DNA from: an uncultured Clostridia bacterium
Lineage (GTDB): Bacteria; Bacillota; Clostridia; Oscillospirales; Oscillospiraceae
Direction of reading: 5' to 3'
DNA length: 64,000 nt
NCBI GenBank assembly: GCA_946187035.1
Contig: CAMHPQ010000003.1
Location: forward strand, 1,886-65,885
In this document: piece after piece, positions 61,171 through 64,000 of the stretch
How the letters are laid out: the number at the start of each line of letters is the position of its first letter
Numbering within the stretch: position 1 is the stretch's first letter
Made by a program: the position numbers and the translations under genes
The notes under the pieces: model-generated
What the model was told of the DNA's origin: nothing
Seen by the model: the letters and a program-made list of their open reading frames with translations, nothing else
The model's database searches: none

Positions 61171-63180
61171 TCAGGCCTTGGCAGCCTGGGCAGCCTGGTG
61201 CAGACGATACTGCTCATCGAAGTGGGCTCTGGTCTTCCTGCCCACCAGGATCACGATGGCGGCCATGCACAGCACGGCGATGAGGCCGGGGATGAAGGCC
61301 TGGCCGAAGTGGCCCTCGGTGAAGAGGGTGCCGAACTGATAGATCAGGAAGGAAACGGTGTAGCCGGTGCCCAGCTGGAGGCCGATGGCGCCCCAGAGCC
61401 AGCCCTTGCTCTTCATCTCAGAGTTCATGGCGCCGATGGCAGCGAAGCAGGGCGGGGTGTAGAGGTTGAAGAAGAGGTAAGCCAGAGCGGTGACGGAGGT
61501 GAGACCCATGGCCATGGCCACGTTGTTGGCGCCGCCGGTGAGGGCCAGCTCATCCACATCGATGAAGGCGGTGAGGCCGTAGACAACAGCCAGGGTGCCG
61601 ACCACGTTCTCCTTGGCGATGAAGCCGGTGATGGCCGCGGCGGCCAGCTGCCACACGCCGAAGCCCAGAGGGATCAGCAGGAAGGCAAAGGGCGTTGCGA
61701 TGGAAGCCAGGATGGAGGTGTGCTCCATGCCCTCTTCCACGACCTGGAACTGCCAGTTGAAGGTCTGCATGACCTGCACGATGGTGTTGCAGATCAGGAT
61801 GATGGTGGCGGCCTTGATGATGTAGGCCTTGGCGCGCTCCATCATGGACTTGAAGGCGAACTTCAGGCTGGGGACTTTGAACTTCGGCAGCTCCATGATG
61901 AAGAAGGACTTTCTGTACTTATAGCCGGTGATGGCCTTGATGAGCAGGGCGCCCAGGAAGATCAGCAGCAGGCCGAAGAAATAGCTCAGGGTGCTGACCC
62001 AGCCGGCTCCGGCAAAGAACGCGCCGGAGAACAGAGCGATGACGGGGATTTTCGCGCCGCAGGGGATGAAGGTGGCCAGCATGGAGGTGGCTCTTCTCTC
62101 ACGCTCGTCGCGGATGGTGCGGCAGGACATGATGGCGGGGATGCCGCAGCCGGTGCCGATGACCACGGGGATGACGGATTTGCCGGACAGGCCCACCCGC
62201 TTGAAGATGGGGTCCATAACCGCGCTGACGCGAGCCATGTAGCCGCTGTCCTCCAGCAGAGCGATCAGGAAGTACATGACCATGACCAGCGGCAGGAAGC
62301 CGATGACGGCGCCGACGCCGCCGACGATGCCGTCCGCCAGCAGGGCGGAGAGGATCGGGGGGCTGTTTTCCAGCTGGGTCGCGACCCATTCCTGGAACGT
62401 TTCGATGTAACCAACCAGCCAGTCGGCCACCAGGGGTCCGAGCCATGCCTGGGAGACCCAGAACACGAACCACATGACGGCGGCAAAGATCAGGATGCCG
62501 GCCACGGGATTCAGAAGGATCTTATCCGCGGCGTCCTGCTTGTTGACCTGTGCGGATTTGGTCTTCCGCTTCTCGATCTTGGAGACGATGTCGTTGACGT
62601 ATTTGTAGCGCTTGCGGTCTTCCTTGTCGACGGCGTTTTTGTCGTGCAGATCGATGTCCGCCTGCAGATAGGGCGCCTTCTGGGTGGTGCCGTTCAGGGC
62701 GACGGCCTTCTCCACGACCTCGGCGAGGCCCTTGTTCTCGATGGCGGTGGTGCTCACCACGGGGCAGCCAAGCTTCTGCTCCAGAGCGGCCACGTCAATG
62801 GAGGTGCCCTCCTTGGCGTTGATGTCCGCCTTGTTCAGGGCGACGACCAAGGGAATGCCCAGCTCCAGCAGCTGCGTGGTGAAAAACAGGCTGCGGCTCA
62901 GGTTCGTGGCGTCCACGATGTTGATGATCACGTCCGGATGCTCGTTGCGGACATACTCGCTGGTGATGCCCTCCTCCGGTGTGAACGGCGACATGGAGTA
63001 AGCGCCGGGCAGGTCGACGGCAATGGCCTCGGTGCCCTTGGTAAACTCACTCTTGATGGGGTACTCCTTGCGTCCTACCGTAACGCCGCCCCAGTTGCCC
63101 ACTTTTTCACTTCTGCCTGTGACGGCATTGTAAATTGTGGTTTTGCCGCTGTTGGGGTTGCCGGCAAAAGCAATTCTCAT
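61171..63180 (-). CDS. feoB: Ferrous iron transporter FeoB
   Basis: G-domain MRIAFAGNPNSGKTTIYNAVTG...DLPGAYS...NKAD, followed by a polytopic membrane domain. AAGGAGG RBS before ATG 63180. Confidence 0.95.
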   Translation of the reverse strand: MRIAFAGNPNSGKTTIYNAVTGRSEKVGNWGGVTVGRKEYPIKSEFTKGTEAIAVDLPGAYSMSPFTPEEGITSEYVRNEHPDVIINIVDATNLSRSLFFTTQLLELGIPLVVALNKADINAKEGTSIDVAALEQKLGCPVVSTTAIENKGLAEVVEKAVALNGTTQKAPYLQADIDLHDKNAVDKEDRKRYKYVNDIVSKIEKRKTKSAQVNKQDAADKILLNPVAGILIFAAVMWFVFWVSQAWLGPLVADWLVGYIETFQEWVATQLENSPPILSALLADGIVGGVGAVIGFLPLVMVMYFLIALLEDSGYMARVSAVMDPIFKRVGLSGKSVIPVVIGTGCGIPAIMSCRTIRDERERRATSMLATFIPCGAKIPVIALFSGAFFAGAGWVSTLSYFFGLLLIFLGALLIKAITGYKYRKSFFIMELPKFKVPSLKFAFKSMMERAKAYIIKAATIILICNTIVQVMQTFNWQFQVVEEGMEHTSILASIATPFAFLLIPLGFGVWQLAAAAITGFIAKENVVGTLAVVYGLTAFIDVDELALTGGANNVAMAMGLTSVTALAYLFFNLYTPPCFAAIGAMNSEMKSKGWLWGAIGLQLGTGYTVSFLIYQFGTLFTEGHFGQAFIPGLIAVLCMAAIVILVGRKTRAHFDEQYRLHQAAQAAKA

Positions 63181-63212
63181 ACTTTCATCCTCCTTTATAT
63201 CGACCAATCGAA

Positions 63213-63425
63213 TCAGATTACCACTGCTTCGGACAAAAGCTGATCCAGATTGTATCTTCCGTCCTTGATGACGACCACGCAGCTCTTTTTGCCTTTGGAT
63301 ACAATCGTGATGGGCTCGCCGCTGTAGCAGCCGAGACGAAACAGAAACGCGTTCATCTCGTCGTCATCGGTCTTGATTTCTTTGATCTCGTAGGTCTTGC
63401 CGACCTCGGCCTCCAATAAGGTCAT
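63213..63425 (-). CDS. feoA: FeoA domain protein
   Basis: 70 aa: LLEAEVGKTYEIKEIKTDDDEMNAFLFRLGCYSGEPITIVSKG. Directly upstream of feoB. Confidence 0.9.
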   Translation of the reverse strand: MTLLEAEVGKTYEIKEIKTDDDEMNAFLFRLGCYSGEPITIVSKGKKSCVVVIKDGRYNLDQLLSEAVVI

Positions 63426-63681
63426 CGGCGCTTTCTCCTTTCTCTGCCCCGCCGGCGTTCTCCGGCGGCAGATCGCCAGCGTGCCCGCCTTCCCTTCGGT
63501 GCGGCAGCCGCGCTGAACCGATCTTAGTGAATACTAAAGGTTGTTGTCTGTATCTAACCACCTGGTAGTATATCATCATAGTTAGCAAAATGCAACCCCC
63601 TATTTTCACCAATTTTCATTTCTCTGCTTCGGCGCAGGGTGAACCGGCAGGGGCCCTCCCCTGCCTGCGGTTTTTTCCATA

Positions 63682-63714
63682 GAAAACGCACACCCCCGGA
63701 TTTCGAGGGTGTGC
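63682..63714 (-). terminator. Terminator after the partial gene at the right edge
   Basis: GCACACCC and GGGTGTGC form a hairpin followed on the minus strand by GTTTTCT. Confidence 0.6.
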
Positions 63715-63734
63715 AGTTTGTCGGAGGTGCGAAG

Positions 63735-64000
63735 TCAGAAGCCCAGATTTTTCGAGGCGTAATCCTTCCAGATCCCGTCTCTGGAGAGGGCGCCGCCGGG
63801 CCGGAATACCGCGAGGGCCTCGGCGTCCTGCTCCATCCAGGCCCGGAGCCACTGGACGCAGTAGTTCACATAGACGTCCGGCTTCAGCATACAGGTGATG
63901 TGGATGCCGTTTTTCAAAGAGGTGTAGACCGCGGGGCCCGTGCAGTTTTTGTAGGCGGGCTTCACCCACATGGAGGACAGCACGAACAGATCCGCCGTGC
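63735..64000 (-). CDS. 3' part of a gene of unknown function (5' end outside the window)
   Basis: The frame stays open from 63735 to the window edge (...TADLFVLSSMWVKPAYKNC...VFRPGGALSRDGIWKDYASKNLGF). No recognisable motif. Confidence 0.5.
   Translation of the reverse strand, partial: TADLFVLSSMWVKPAYKNCTGPAVYTSLKNGIHITCMLKPDVYVNYCVQWLRAWMEQDAEALAVFRPGGALSRDGIWKDYASKNLGF

Noticed and set aside
63426-63615. Fur or DtxR/IdeR box and possible structured leader upstream of feoA
   Set aside because: A plausible promoter is present on the minus strand (TTGCAT, 17 nt, TATACT). I could not find a convincing 7-1-7 Fur palindrome or IdeR box. The GC-rich ~110-nt leader shows no motif I recognise.

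Overview
This is a high-GC chromosomal segment that looks like Clostridia (Firmicutes). Supporting features are SLH-domain surface enzymes, cell-wall-binding repeats, an rpmH-rnpA-yidD-yidC-jag block, smpB plus tmRNA, and a THF-riboswitch folT operon. Two visibly AT-richer accessory cassettes interrupt it. (1) nt 1-4480 carries a translationally coupled gene pair: a 961-aa unknown protein with an HExxH motif and a 393-aa SIR2_2-type sirtuin-like protein. This cassette ends at a 46-nt tRNA-Arg(CCU)-like 3' half. A second, diverged copy of the same tRNA half lies at 11409-11454. Together the two halves bracket a Hyl-type operon (NuoE-like, NuoF-like, HydA-like without H-cluster, plus a molybdopterin oxidoreductase) and a tetR gene, which suggests tandem island insertions. 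The SIR2 pair is my best candidate for an undescribed defence system. (2) nt 34873-40669, beside the tmRNA gene, is a 5.8-kb cassette bounded by a perfect 20-bp direct repeat. It carries lipase/SLH, HIRAN and zinc-ribbon/RCC1 genes and no integrase. Other notable items:
- A 35-codon leader ORF rich in Met and Cys codons, followed by a terminator, upstream of metA; it looks like a leader-peptide attenuator.
- A FolC-MTHFS fusion.
- An MBOAT / DltD-like / carrier / DltA cluster in non-canonical order.
- A 1932-aa protein combining Ig-like repeats, cell-wall-binding (CWB) repeats and an NlpC/P60 domain.
- A CotH protein with an NPxTG sorting signal.
- feoAB with two FeoB-associated Cys-rich mini-proteins: one of 57 aa (below the ORF-track cutoff) and one fused to an HMA domain.
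- At least two interspersed repeat families.
Many long ORFs antisense to real genes are GC-driven shadow frames. All calls come from reading motifs by eye; no database search was possible.
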